A stretch of DNA of 64,000 nucleotides. Source: Chitinophagales bacterium (GTDB lineage: Bacteria; Bacteroidota; Bacteroidia; Chitinophagales; JADIYW01). Position numbers and translations under genes: made by a program. The notes under the pieces are model-generated. The model made no database searches. It saw nothing but the letters and a program-made list of their open reading frames with translations, and was not told where the DNA came from. The DNA is taken from contig JAXLTX010000002.1 of the NCBI GenBank assembly GCA_046329775.1, positions 530,231 through 594,230 of the forward strand. Reading direction: 5' to 3'. This document shows, one piece after another, positions 1-8,512 of the stretch. The first letter of the stretch is position 1, and every line of letters starts with the position of its first letter.

Positions 1-467
1 TTAATGTTGGTTATACATACTCTCTTCCTGCTGCTTTAAATACAAACTCTATATATGGATTTGAAAATGTTGGCAGTTACCTGAAATACCTTTTCAAATA
101 CTCAACACGTCAATTTGGTAGTGATACAGCTGAACAGATTTTAAAATATAGAAACAGACATCTTTTAACTTTAGATTTCGAATATACGTACAAGAACATG
201 TTTACATTGGGTCTAGATGCACGTTATTACAGTAAGATTGAAAACTTCGACAAAATATTCATTGCTATTCCCGGAATCGCTGATTTCATATCTTATAGTT
301 CAAAAAAAGGGTATTTTGTTTTGAATACAAGAACATTCGTAACTGTTAAGAAAAAGCATACAGTTGGTCTGATAATTGACAATATATTAAATACAGAATA
401 TTGGCTCCGAGCAGGAAAACTGGAACAACCAAGGCGTATAACCATGCAATACAGACTCGAGTTTTAA
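1..467 (+). CDS. TonB-dependent receptor / outer-membrane beta-barrel, C-terminal fragment (5' end outside window)
   Basis: The frame is open from base 3 to the stop at 465-467. The C-terminus ...EQPRRITMQYRLEF ends in an aromatic residue, as in OM barrels. A terminator hairpin follows. Confidence 0.5.
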   Translation, partial: NVGYTYSLPAALNTNSIYGFENVGSYLKYLFKYSTRQFGSDTAEQILKYRNRHLLTLDFEYTYKNMFTLGLDARYYSKIENFDKIFIAIPGIADFISYSSKKGYFVLNTRTFVTVKKKHTVGLIIDNILNTEYWLRAGKLEQPRRITMQYRLEF

Positions 468-491
468 TTTTTAATAATTTTCTCATATTAA

Positions 492-516
492 TCCTCCCGT
501 TTCGGGAGGATTTTTT
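492..516 (+). terminator. Rho-independent terminator
   Basis: TCCTCCCG (492-499) pairs with CGGGAGGA (503-510) across a 3-nt loop, followed by T6. Confidence 0.75.
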
Positions 517-526
517 AATTTTAGGG

Positions 527-1723
527 ATGCCAAAGCCAACGTATCCATACTACAACCAGCTCTTCAAAAATCTACAGTTGCCACTCGCCTACTGTGATAT
601 CGACCTTCTCAATGAAAACTGCCGGGATATCGCCCTGCGTTGCGACGGACATAAAACCATCCGTGTCGCATCGAAATCGGTACGCTGTGTAGCTGTCCTG
701 CAACATATCCTGCATTCAAATCCTGTCTATAAAGGGCTGATGTGCTACACCGGCCGTGAAGCCTTGTTTCTATCCGAACAGGGGTTTGATGATTTGCTGC
801 TGGGATACCCTATTGTCAACAGGGAGGAAATCCGAGATGTCTGCTTGGCTACTAAAAATGGCAAGAAAATCATCCTGATGGTGGACAGCATTGCGCACTT
901 GCAGTTGACGAATGAAATAGCCAAGGAAGTGGGTGTTATCCAACCGCTCTGCATCGATATCGATATGTCAACGGATTTCCCTGGATTGCACTTCGGCGTA
1001 TTGCGCTCGCCGCTTACCACCGTGGATGCGGCTCAAAAACTGATCGATGCCTTTGACAATTATTCCAACATTTCATTAAGCGGCATCATGGGCTATGAAG
1101 CGCAGGTAGCAGGCCTTGGAGAAAAAAACCCGGCCAACGGGATTAAAAATTATGTCATCCCATTTTTAAAGAAAAAATCCATTACAGATTACACCAAAAG
1201 ACGGCAGAAGATTGTAGCTTATGCTAAAGAGAAAGGGCACCGATTGATGCTGGTGAATGCCGGTGGTACCGGAAGTATAGAAAGCAGTAAAACGGAAGAT
1301 TGGGTAACGGAAATCACCGTTGGTTCCGGATTCTACTCCCCTGCCTTATTCGATTATTACAGCAATTTCAGACACCGGCCTGCTGCAGGATTTGCCGTGC
1401 AGATTGTTCGCCAACCCAAAGAAGGTCACTACACCTGCCTTGGTGGCGGATACATCGCCAGCGGAACTATTGGAACGGACAAACAACCCAAACCATATTT
1501 GCCGGAGGGCGTGACGCTGACGGAAAACGAAGGCACCGGAGAAGTGCAAACGCCTTTTGAATACAAAGGCGGCGAGCCAATAGGACTGGGCGACACCATC
1601 CTCTTCAGACACAGCAAAGCCGGAGAATTGTGTGAACGATTCAATCATCTGCATCTCATCTCCAATGGAAGGATTACAGCTGTCGTTCCAACCTACCGCG
1701 GACAGGGACAGTGCTTCTTGTAA
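527..1723 (+). CDS. PLP-dependent alanine-racemase-fold enzyme (D-serine deaminase / D-threonine aldolase-like)
   Basis: ATG at 527 lies just after the upstream terminator, so the 401 start of the ORF track would read through that hairpin. About 398 aa, with an alanine-racemase N-terminal-like layout (RVASKSV lysine region). Confidence 0.65.
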   Translation: MPKPTYPYYNQLFKNLQLPLAYCDIDLLNENCRDIALRCDGHKTIRVASKSVRCVAVLQHILHSNPVYKGLMCYTGREALFLSEQGFDDLLLGYPIVNREEIRDVCLATKNGKKIILMVDSIAHLQLTNEIAKEVGVIQPLCIDIDMSTDFPGLHFGVLRSPLTTVDAAQKLIDAFDNYSNISLSGIMGYEAQVAGLGEKNPANGIKNYVIPFLKKKSITDYTKRRQKIVAYAKEKGHRLMLVNAGGTGSIESSKTEDWVTEITVGSGFYSPALFDYYSNFRHRPAAGFAVQIVRQPKEGHYTCLGGGYIASGTIGTDKQPKPYLPEGVTLTENEGTGEVQTPFEYKGGEPIGLGDTILFRHSKAGELCERFNHLHLISNGRITAVVPTYRGQGQCFL

Positions 1724-1787
1724 GACATTCTTTCTGCACTCATTTATTACTAAATTCCAACTCATTTTTTTTCGATAAGCAACCATC

Positions 1788-2819
1788 ATGATTGAACAAC
1801 AAGAAGCAGCCATCCGAAAATTAACCTTTCAGAAAATAGGTGACGAATTCCAGAAAATAAAACCTCCCTTCTCTTACGAATATGACAATGAAGAGGAAGA
1901 GGAAATCCTGAAAAAGATATTCCTGAAACCATTCACATCCGCAGCAGCCACCTATGAATTTACGCACAGCATCGATCTGGATTTACACCCTCTGTTCAAG
2001 CTTTCCAAAGCCATCTTTCACGGAGGTGATTTTGAAAATATTTCCACACAGATACTGCAACATCTGAAAACCGTCTCCAAACATCCGAACATCAAGGACG
2101 GAGACCTGTTTATCGTTAAATACGATGATGTAAAACTCAACCAGCAACATTATACGGGATTGGGTATCTATAAGATTGAAAACAAGGAGAATTTCATAGA
2201 AACCAATGCCGGCAGCAACGATGAAGTGAAACTGGATATCAAGCAGGGAATCAGCGGCAGAAAGCTGGACAAGGCATGCCTTATATTGCTGACAGATGAA
2301 CCGTATACGATATTTGTCATTGATAATGGAAACAACGGAAATGATACCGACTACTGGATGAATGAATTTCTGGGTGTTGAGCTGAAAAACGATTTCATCA
2401 ACAATACGAGCCAGTTCCTATCCCTCACCAAGTCCTTTATCACGGAACAGTTTCCGGAAGAATATCAGACAAGCAAGGCAGATCAGATTGATCTATTAAA
2501 CCGCTCCGTACAATACTTCAAGAAACATGAAACCTTCGACAAATCAGAATTTGAGTCGGAAGTGCTGGTGAACAAAAATGTGATTGACTCCTTCCGTAAC
2601 TTTGATGATGAGTACAGAAAATACAACGGAGTGGATATGAAAGACACGTTTGAAATCTCTCCGCAGGCGGTAAAGAAACAAGCACGCATATTCAAAAGCG
2701 TTTTAAAGCTGGACCGCAATTTCCACATCTACATTCACGGCAACACTGAAATGATTCAGCAAGGCGTTGACGAAGACGGCAGAAAATTCTACAAGATTTT
2801 CTATCAGGAAGAGAATTAA
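1788..2819 (+). CDS. Nucleoid-associated protein, NdpA/YejK-like (tentative)
   Basis: 343-aa ORF. Its size and overall pattern resemble the 37-kDa nucleoid-associated family. The assignment is from memory only. Confidence 0.45.
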   Translation: MIEQQEAAIRKLTFQKIGDEFQKIKPPFSYEYDNEEEEEILKKIFLKPFTSAAATYEFTHSIDLDLHPLFKLSKAIFHGGDFENISTQILQHLKTVSKHPNIKDGDLFIVKYDDVKLNQQHYTGLGIYKIENKENFIETNAGSNDEVKLDIKQGISGRKLDKACLILLTDEPYTIFVIDNGNNGNDTDYWMNEFLGVELKNDFINNTSQFLSLTKSFITEQFPEEYQTSKADQIDLLNRSVQYFKKHETFDKSEFESEVLVNKNVIDSFRNFDDEYRKYNGVDMKDTFEISPQAVKKQARIFKSVLKLDRNFHIYIHGNTEMIQQGVDEDGRKFYKIFYQEEN

Positions 2820-2978
2820 ACCTACCCCAATCGAGTTACAAAACAATCTATGGATTACAGTCACTCGATTGCTTTACTTTGCTCACTGAGCCATTCCCAT
2901 ATTTTAACGCTTTTTCTTGCTGGTAATCTTTAAATTCTCACCATTTATCGGTATATTGCTTGCCAAATTCAATAAACC

Positions 2979-4553
2979 ATGACTGTATTAGAATCTACTG
3001 CCATTAAAATCAGCAATCCGATCAACGGTTCTATTCTCTATGAAATAGATGAAATAACAAACGAACAGGCTAAAGCACATTTCGATAAAGCCAGAGACGT
3101 ACAAGTGAAAATACAGGCAATGAGCGTGGAACAACGCGTTGCCGAAGTTTATAAGATCAGGGATTATGTCATTGCCAACAGCGATTTCATCCTCGACTGC
3201 ATCATCGCAGAAACCGGAAAGGCAAGGACAGACGCCTTTGCTGCGGAAGTGTTTGAAGTGACGGATGTGATAGACGTCTACAATAAACTGGCACCGAAAC
3301 AACTGAAAGACCAGAAGATGAACTGGCCCATTTTTCTCATGGAAAAAACATCCAGGCAATTCAGGGAACCGCTGGGAACCGTTCTAGTCATCACTCCGTG
3401 GAACTTCCCGTTCTATCAGGTGATTGTACCGAGCCTGATGTCATTTTTAGCCGGAAATGCCACGATTGTAAAACCATCGGAAGTGACGCCCTTAAAACCA
3501 TTGTGGGATCATTTCTTCGCCCACAGCGGCTTTATGAAAGACGCTATACAAGTGGTGATTGGCGGCAAAGAGACCGGGGCCAATTTACTGGCGCAAAGAC
3601 CGGACAAAGTACATTTTACGGGCAGCGTGCATACCGGAAGAAAGCTCATGGAAGCCTGCTCCAAACAACTGATTCCCATCGATCTGGAATTGGGCGGCAA
3701 AGACCCCAGCATCGTGTTTGACGACGTGGATATTGACAGAACTGCCAACGGCATCATGTGGGGCGCCTTCACCAATGCCGGACAAAACTGTACCGGTATC
3801 GAGCGCCTGTATGTGCAGGAAGGCATTTACGACCAGCTGGTACCTTACCTCGTGGAGCGCACACAGCGCCTGCGCACATCGCATCCCGGCAGAGATACCA
3901 AATCGCCGGCGGACTGCGACGTAGGCGCCATTACCGCGCCGTTTCAGGTGAAAATCATCGAAGAGCATATTGAAGATGCGATTGCTAAAGGCGCCAAATT
4001 ATTGTGTGGCGGCATCCAGGAAAAAGGCTCGCACCATATCCCGCCGACCATTTTTGAAAACTGCACGCACGAGATGAAGATTGCTTCCGAAGAGACCTTC
4101 GGGCCTACACTGGCCATCATGAAATTCAAGACGGAAGAAGAAGCCATTCGCTTAGCCAATGATTCGCCGTATGGTTTGAGTGCTTCCGTATGGACCAAGG
4201 ATGCAGCGCGTGGCGTACGCGTGGCTCGTGCCATCAAGGCTGGCAATGTTTGTATCAACAACCACATGCTGAACGAGGCCAATCCTTACCTGCCCTTTGG
4301 TGGCGTGAAGGACAGCGGTATCGGGCGTTTTAAGGGCGAGGACGGCCTGCTGGCCTTCTGCAACCTGAAATCCGTGCTGATTGACAAGCAAGGCAAGCTG
4401 ATAGAGCCGCAATGGTATCCTTACACCGAATCCAAGTACAAGTTATTGTATGCCGTGATGCTGAGCTGGTTTGGCAAGAGCCGCAACTACTTCAAGTTTG
4501 TGAAGAACGTGTTGCCGCTTGATTCCATAGGAAACAAAGAGAAATTCAAATAA
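2979..4553 (+). CDS. Aldehyde dehydrogenase family protein
   Basis: ALDH motifs are present: FTGSVHTGRKLM, ELGGKDP, and catalytic Cys context NAGQNCTGIERLYV. Confidence 0.9.
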   Translation: MTVLESTAIKISNPINGSILYEIDEITNEQAKAHFDKARDVQVKIQAMSVEQRVAEVYKIRDYVIANSDFILDCIIAETGKARTDAFAAEVFEVTDVIDVYNKLAPKQLKDQKMNWPIFLMEKTSRQFREPLGTVLVITPWNFPFYQVIVPSLMSFLAGNATIVKPSEVTPLKPLWDHFFAHSGFMKDAIQVVIGGKETGANLLAQRPDKVHFTGSVHTGRKLMEACSKQLIPIDLELGGKDPSIVFDDVDIDRTANGIMWGAFTNAGQNCTGIERLYVQEGIYDQLVPYLVERTQRLRTSHPGRDTKSPADCDVGAITAPFQVKIIEEHIEDAIAKGAKLLCGGIQEKGSHHIPPTIFENCTHEMKIASEETFGPTLAIMKFKTEEEAIRLANDSPYGLSASVWTKDAARGVRVARAIKAGNVCINNHMLNEANPYLPFGGVKDSGIGRFKGEDGLLAFCNLKSVLIDKQGKLIEPQWYPYTESKYKLLYAVMLSWFGKSRNYFKFVKNVLPLDSIGNKEKFK

Positions 4554-4554
4554 G

Positions 4555-4584
4555 AAAAATGCCGCTGTCAGAGCGGCATTTTTT
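4555..4584 (+). terminator. Rho-independent terminator
   Basis: ATGCCGCT pairs with AGCGGCAT across a 5-nt loop, with an A-run 5' and T6 3'. Confidence 0.75.
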
Positions 4585-4745
4585 AATGTGTTTTGTGGAT
4601 AAATAACACCAAAACACATACGTATACATAAAAATACTTCTTTATCTTTAGGGAGTTAGAGATATGAAAAGTCATACCTATCTGGCTAATGGATAGTGGA
4701 TAGGTGTGATTTTGTCATACATATAAACAAGTTAGCAGCCATATT

Positions 4746-5228
4746 ATGACGACAAACACCTCGAAAAATAACGGACTAATAGTTGGAACAATCTTTACGG
4801 TTTGTTCATTCCTATTGACATTTACATTTGTTGTGCCGATTATTTCAGTATTACCTGGAGTGTTTTTTGAAACTATTTCAAAAGCCATTGTTTCAAATGA
4901 CCCATACAGTAATGTGGGTAATCTGACAATCCTTTTACTGACTGTTCTTCTTTTATTAGCAATTATCTTGACCATAGTTTATACAAGGAAACGTACACCG
5001 GCAAACGAAACTTTATCTAAAGGAAGATTGACACTAATAATGTTCGCTTTTTATTTTATCGTTCATCCATTAGGTTTTTATATTTATTGGGGACTAAATC
5101 TAAATTTTCGTAGTGACGGACAATTAATATTTGCGGCAGTAGACAGTTTTCCAATTTCAAGTTTTGCTTTTGTGCTATTGGGACTTTTAATTGACTGGAT
5201 AAGAAATACGGCTGCTAACACAGGCTAA
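4746..5228 (+). CDS. Hypothetical multi-pass membrane protein (AT-rich, islet-borne)
   Basis: 160 aa with about 4 hydrophobic helices. GC is lower than in the neighbours. The ORF is flanked by the inverted 10-mers GTTAGCAGCC (4731-4740) and GGCTGCTAAC (5210-5219). Confidence 0.5.
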   Translation: MTTNTSKNNGLIVGTIFTVCSFLLTFTFVVPIISVLPGVFFETISKAIVSNDPYSNVGNLTILLLTVLLLLAIILTIVYTRKRTPANETLSKGRLTLIMFAFYFIVHPLGFYIYWGLNLNFRSDGQLIFAAVDSFPISSFAFVLLGLLIDWIRNTAANTG

Positions 5229-5389
5229 ACGAATATGCGGTGGGACGTGCAAGTTGCAAGCGCATTTTTCATCGGTGTAAACTTTTTGTTGGCGCTTGCC
5301 ATTACCGATAGTAATTATTAATTAAATTCGTGCGGCTAGACATTGAAGTGCTTTCTATACCGCACATCGTTTAGCCTCAAACGTTAGGT
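5210..5389 (+). other. Large imperfect palindrome with attC-like architecture (R''-L''...L'-R')
   Basis: TGCTAAC (5213-5219) pairs with GTTAGGT (5383-5389). GGCTAAACGAATATGCGGT (5223-5241) pairs with ACCGCACATCGTTTAGCC (5359-5376), giving 17 bp with one bulged A and one mismatch. An inner stem joins GCAAGCGC (5256-5263) and GCGCTTGC (5292-5299). The upstream ORF's stop codon sits inside the left arm. Confidence 0.4.
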
Positions 5390-5586
5390 GCAAGCGTAGC
5401 GGACGACACAACAGACATCAAACAAACATTAAAAACACAGACAAAATGCCAACGCTTCGCAAAATTAAAAGAGCTGCAAACCGACACACAAGCCGACCCA
5501 AATTGCAGCACATTTAATTTTGCCCAACCGCACCAATACTTTCAGCATTTGTTGAAAATTCAGAGCTAAAACAGACCTGTTTTTAT

Positions 5587-5594
5587 TATCTTTG
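5587..5594 (+). promoter_or_regulatory. Candidate Bacteroidota -7 box (TAnnTTTG) for the methyltransferase
   Basis: TATCTTTG lies 15 nt upstream of the ATG at 5610. Confidence 0.35.
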
Positions 5595-5609
5595 ACACAC
5601 AAAAAATCA

Positions 5610-6629
5610 ATGACAAATTATATAGACTACATAAACGAAACACTCAAACCGAGAATAACCGAAAAAGAGGTTGTTCTTGACTTGTTTGCGGGTTGTGGTG
5701 GTTTGTCTTTAGGCTTTGAGGCTGCTGGTTACAAGACAATTGGCTACGAAATGGATAAAGCCGCATCTGACACTTATAACAAAAATCTTGTTGGCGACTG
5801 TTTTCCTATAAAACTTGACCTTGACTTTGAATATCCGCAGGCGGACATCGTAATTGGTGGACCACCTTGCCAACCTTTTAGTGTAGGTGGACACCAAAAA
5901 GGAATGGAAGATGCAAGAGACGGATTTCCTGTTTTTATTGATGCAGTTAAGAAGTTGCAACCTAAGGTTTTTATGTTCGAGAATGTTCGGGGACTTTTAT
6001 ACACGAACAAATGGTATTTCGATTTAGTATTGACCGAACTTCGCAAACTCGGTTATATCATTGACTTCAAGTTACTCAACGCAGTAAATTTTGGAGTTCC
6101 CCAAAACAGAGAACGACTTTTTGTTTTCGGACATCGAGCAAAATTTAATTTCCCAAAACCCAATCATCATAAAGTAACAGTAGGTGAAGCTATTGGTGAC
6201 CTAATGTTTTCTACGCCACCCGAGAGCAAGTTTTTTACAGCTTCTATGGACACTTATGTTGCCAAATATGAAAAGGCTTCATCGTGCATAAATCCGAGAG
6301 ACTTGTATGCTGACAGACCTGCAAGAACATTAACTTGTAGAAACCTTGCTGGAGCAACAGGTGATATGCAGCGTGTAAAATTAAAGGACGGAAGAAGAAG
6401 AAGACTTTTGCATAATGAAGCAGCAAGACTTCAAAGCTTTCCAGACTGGTATGAATTTATTGGAAATGAAACACAAAGATTTAATCAAATTGGCAATGCC
6501 GTTCCACCTCTTTTAGCATATCAAATGGCATTAGCTTTAAAGGATTGCTTTCAAATGGATGAACTTTATTCAGCAGAAGAAATTATAGAAAACAACTTAC
6601 AGCCAAATCAAGTTCTGACACTTTTTTAA
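5610..6629 (+). CDS. DNA (cytosine-5)-methyltransferase
   Basis: Canonical m5C MTase motifs are present: DLFAGCGGLSLGF (I), GGPPCQPFS (IV), ENVRGL (VI), QNRERLF (VIII), GNAVPP (X). ATG 5610 is preferred over the TTG at 5592. Confidence 0.9.
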   Translation: MTNYIDYINETLKPRITEKEVVLDLFAGCGGLSLGFEAAGYKTIGYEMDKAASDTYNKNLVGDCFPIKLDLDFEYPQADIVIGGPPCQPFSVGGHQKGMEDARDGFPVFIDAVKKLQPKVFMFENVRGLLYTNKWYFDLVLTELRKLGYIIDFKLLNAVNFGVPQNRERLFVFGHRAKFNFPKPNHHKVTVGEAIGDLMFSTPPESKFFTASMDTYVAKYEKASSCINPRDLYADRPARTLTCRNLAGATGDMQRVKLKDGRRRRLLHNEAARLQSFPDWYEFIGNETQRFNQIGNAVPPLLAYQMALALKDCFQMDELYSAEEIIENNLQPNQVLTLF

Positions 6630-6630
6630 T

Positions 6631-7611
6631 ATGAAGAATTATATTCCCAAAAGCACTAAATCAAAGGCTGTTCAAAAAATCATAAATGAAGCTCTCGACA
6701 TTTTAAACAGTGTCGGCATTCCAATGACCAAAACCGAAAGAGGTTTGGAAAGAATGGCAGTTTGTTTTCTTGCTGTTGCAGGTGTAACGAAAGATTGGAG
6801 TAAAGCGAAAGAAAATGCAAATCTTAAATCTCGTGACATTATCAATCTCGTAAATAAAAATTTTGAAGAAAAAATCTCATCAGGTTCTTATGACGACATT
6901 AGAAGAAAAGATTTAAAACTTCTTGTGCTTGCAGACATTGTTGTAAATAGTGGCGTAAACAAAGGTTCTGCGACAAATGACCCAACAAGAGGTTACGCAT
7001 TACACCCAGACTTTAAACAACTTATTGTATCATACAAAACAACTAACTGGACTAAGAATTTAAAATCATTCAATAAGAACAAACCATCACTTGCAGACAT
7101 ACTTTCAAGAAAAAGAGACCTTGAAAAAATTCCTGTAAAACTTCCAAACGGCAAACCGATTGAACTTTCACTTGGCGAACACAACGTTTTACAAAAAGCA
7201 CTTATTGAAGAATTTCTTCCTCGTTTTGGCAGCGATTGCACTGTTCTTTATATTGGCGACACTTCAAACAAAACTTTGCATATTGAATTAGAGGAACTTA
7301 AAAAACTAAATTTCTTTGAGCTTTCACACGATGAACTTCCTGACATTATCGCATACAGCAAAAAGCACAATTGGCTTTACCTAATTGAAGCAGTTCATAG
7401 TTCAGGACCAATGAGCGAAACAAGAGTTTTAGAGTTAAAGAAAATGCTCAAAGACTGTAAAGCTGAACTAATCTTTGTAACTGGTTTTCTTACTCGACCT
7501 GACTTTAGAAAATGGATGTTAGATGTTGCTTGGGAAACAGAAGTCTGGATTGCCGACAATCCCGACCATTTGGTTCACTTCAACGGACATAAGTTTTTAG
7601 GAGCATATTAA
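6631..7611 (+). CDS. Type II restriction endonuclease, BsuBI/PstI-like (tentative family)
   Basis: It starts 2 nt after the MTase stop. The N-terminal HTH-like region and motifs SYDDIRRKDL and NDPTRGYALHPDF resemble my recollection of the BsuBI/PstI family. Not verified by a search. Confidence 0.6.
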   Translation: MKNYIPKSTKSKAVQKIINEALDILNSVGIPMTKTERGLERMAVCFLAVAGVTKDWSKAKENANLKSRDIINLVNKNFEEKISSGSYDDIRRKDLKLLVLADIVVNSGVNKGSATNDPTRGYALHPDFKQLIVSYKTTNWTKNLKSFNKNKPSLADILSRKRDLEKIPVKLPNGKPIELSLGEHNVLQKALIEEFLPRFGSDCTVLYIGDTSNKTLHIELEELKKLNFFELSHDELPDIIAYSKKHNWLYLIEAVHSSGPMSETRVLELKKMLKDCKAELIFVTGFLTRPDFRKWMLDVAWETEVWIADNPDHLVHFNGHKFLGAY

Positions 7612-7830
7612 CCAACGCTTTTGGTGGCACATTTGTATTTTTTTCAATGCACAGTCCAACGCTAAAAATCCAAAAGAGCCACCAAGCCAACGCACCACAG
7701 ACACTGCAAAAAATGGACAACAGAGCAACGACAGACAAAACGCCAGCACCTAATCGAGTAGACTGCCTCACCGCCCTATGAGGTGAGGTGCGCCTCTCAC
7801 ACCACCGCACGTACGGGTTTCGTTCACTTA

Positions 7831-7855
7831 TCGGTTGGTAGTCCCCACCAACCGA
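7831..7855. repeat. Family-2 hairpin repeat (CGGTTGGT...ACCAACCG)
   Basis: TCGGTTGGT (7831-7839) pairs with ACCAACCGA (7847-7855) across a 7-nt loop. Related copies occur at 25789-25810 and as a half-site at 16029-16046. Confidence 0.7.
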
Positions 7856-7932
7856 AACATAGTATGTTTGGTGAGCCACCAAGCATTAGCAACAAACATT
7901 CAACACATTTTATACTTTTAACGACAAAAACC

Positions 7933-8364
7933 ATGGTACAACTTCACCCACACATCAACTTCAACGGCAATGCGGAAGAAGCCTTTACCTTTTACCAATC
8001 GGTATTCGGCGGGGCATTCTCCAGGCTGGTCCGCTTCAAAGACATGGCCGGTCCCGGCTTTGCAGTGGCGGAACACGAAGCCCATAAAGTGATGCACATC
8101 GAATTGCCGGTAGGCACCAGCAGCCTGATGGGCAATGACGTGCCAGAAAGTATGGGGCGCACCAATGAACACGAACACCGCAGCAAGATTGCGATACGTG
8201 CCGGCAGCAAAGCGGAAGCAGACCATCTCTTCCAGGGCCTTTCGGAAGGCGGACAGGTGGAAGTACCCATGACGGACAGTCCCTGGGGTTCCTATTTCGG
8301 CATGTTCCGCGACAAATACGGTATTGAATGGATGCTGGAGTTTGACCCGAAACAAAAGGGGTAG
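7933..8364 (+). CDS. VOC/glyoxalase-fold protein (PhnB-like)
   Basis: MVQLHPHINFNGNAEEAFTFYQSVFGG... is typical of PhnB/3-demethylubiquinone-like VOC proteins. The upstream 50 codons of the ORF-track call run through repeat hairpins and are rejected. Confidence 0.8.
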   Translation: MVQLHPHINFNGNAEEAFTFYQSVFGGAFSRLVRFKDMAGPGFAVAEHEAHKVMHIELPVGTSSLMGNDVPESMGRTNEHEHRSKIAIRAGSKAEADHLFQGLSEGGQVEVPMTDSPWGSYFGMFRDKYGIEWMLEFDPKQKG

Positions 8365-8512
8365 ATAATGGTTGCACTGCACAGGTATTCTGTCTCATTA
8401 TCCTTACATATTTCCCAAATTCTCAACAGTAGCGCACGAATACTCGTTTCTTTTTGCCATGCGCCAATGGATGTGTACATTTGAACCATCAAAGAATAAA
8501 CTTATCATACTT

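Noticed and set aside
401-526. Upstream extensions of ORFs 401..1723, 9135..10895, 8372..9100, 42244..43047, 50290..52251, 46258..48426 and 34512..35327
   Set aside because: The extensions cross terminator hairpins (492-516, 9123-9150) or precede obvious signal peptides, lipoboxes or conserved N-termini. Internal ATG starts (527, 9219, 8513, 42316, 50428, 48330, 35249) were preferred.
2829-2870. A hairpin AATCGAGT...ACTCGATT after the NdpA-like gene as a terminator
   Set aside because: The stem is 8 bp but the loop is 26 nt, and no T-run follows. This is not convincing as an intrinsic terminator.
4731-7891. Calling the islet a bona fide integron or CALIN
   Set aside because: There is no intI, attI or Pc promoter in the window. 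Only one reasonably attC-like site is present, and its R'' box deviates from RYYYAAC. The second site has AAT/ATT instead of AAC/GTT. This is kept as a hypothesis in the findings, not as a feature call.
7783-7932. A 50-codon N-terminal extension of the VOC protein (ORF track start 7783)
   Set aside because: The extension is read through hairpin repeats (7766-7788, 7831-7855) and has no resemblance to VOC proteins. The conserved N-terminus MVQLHPHINFNG begins at 7933.
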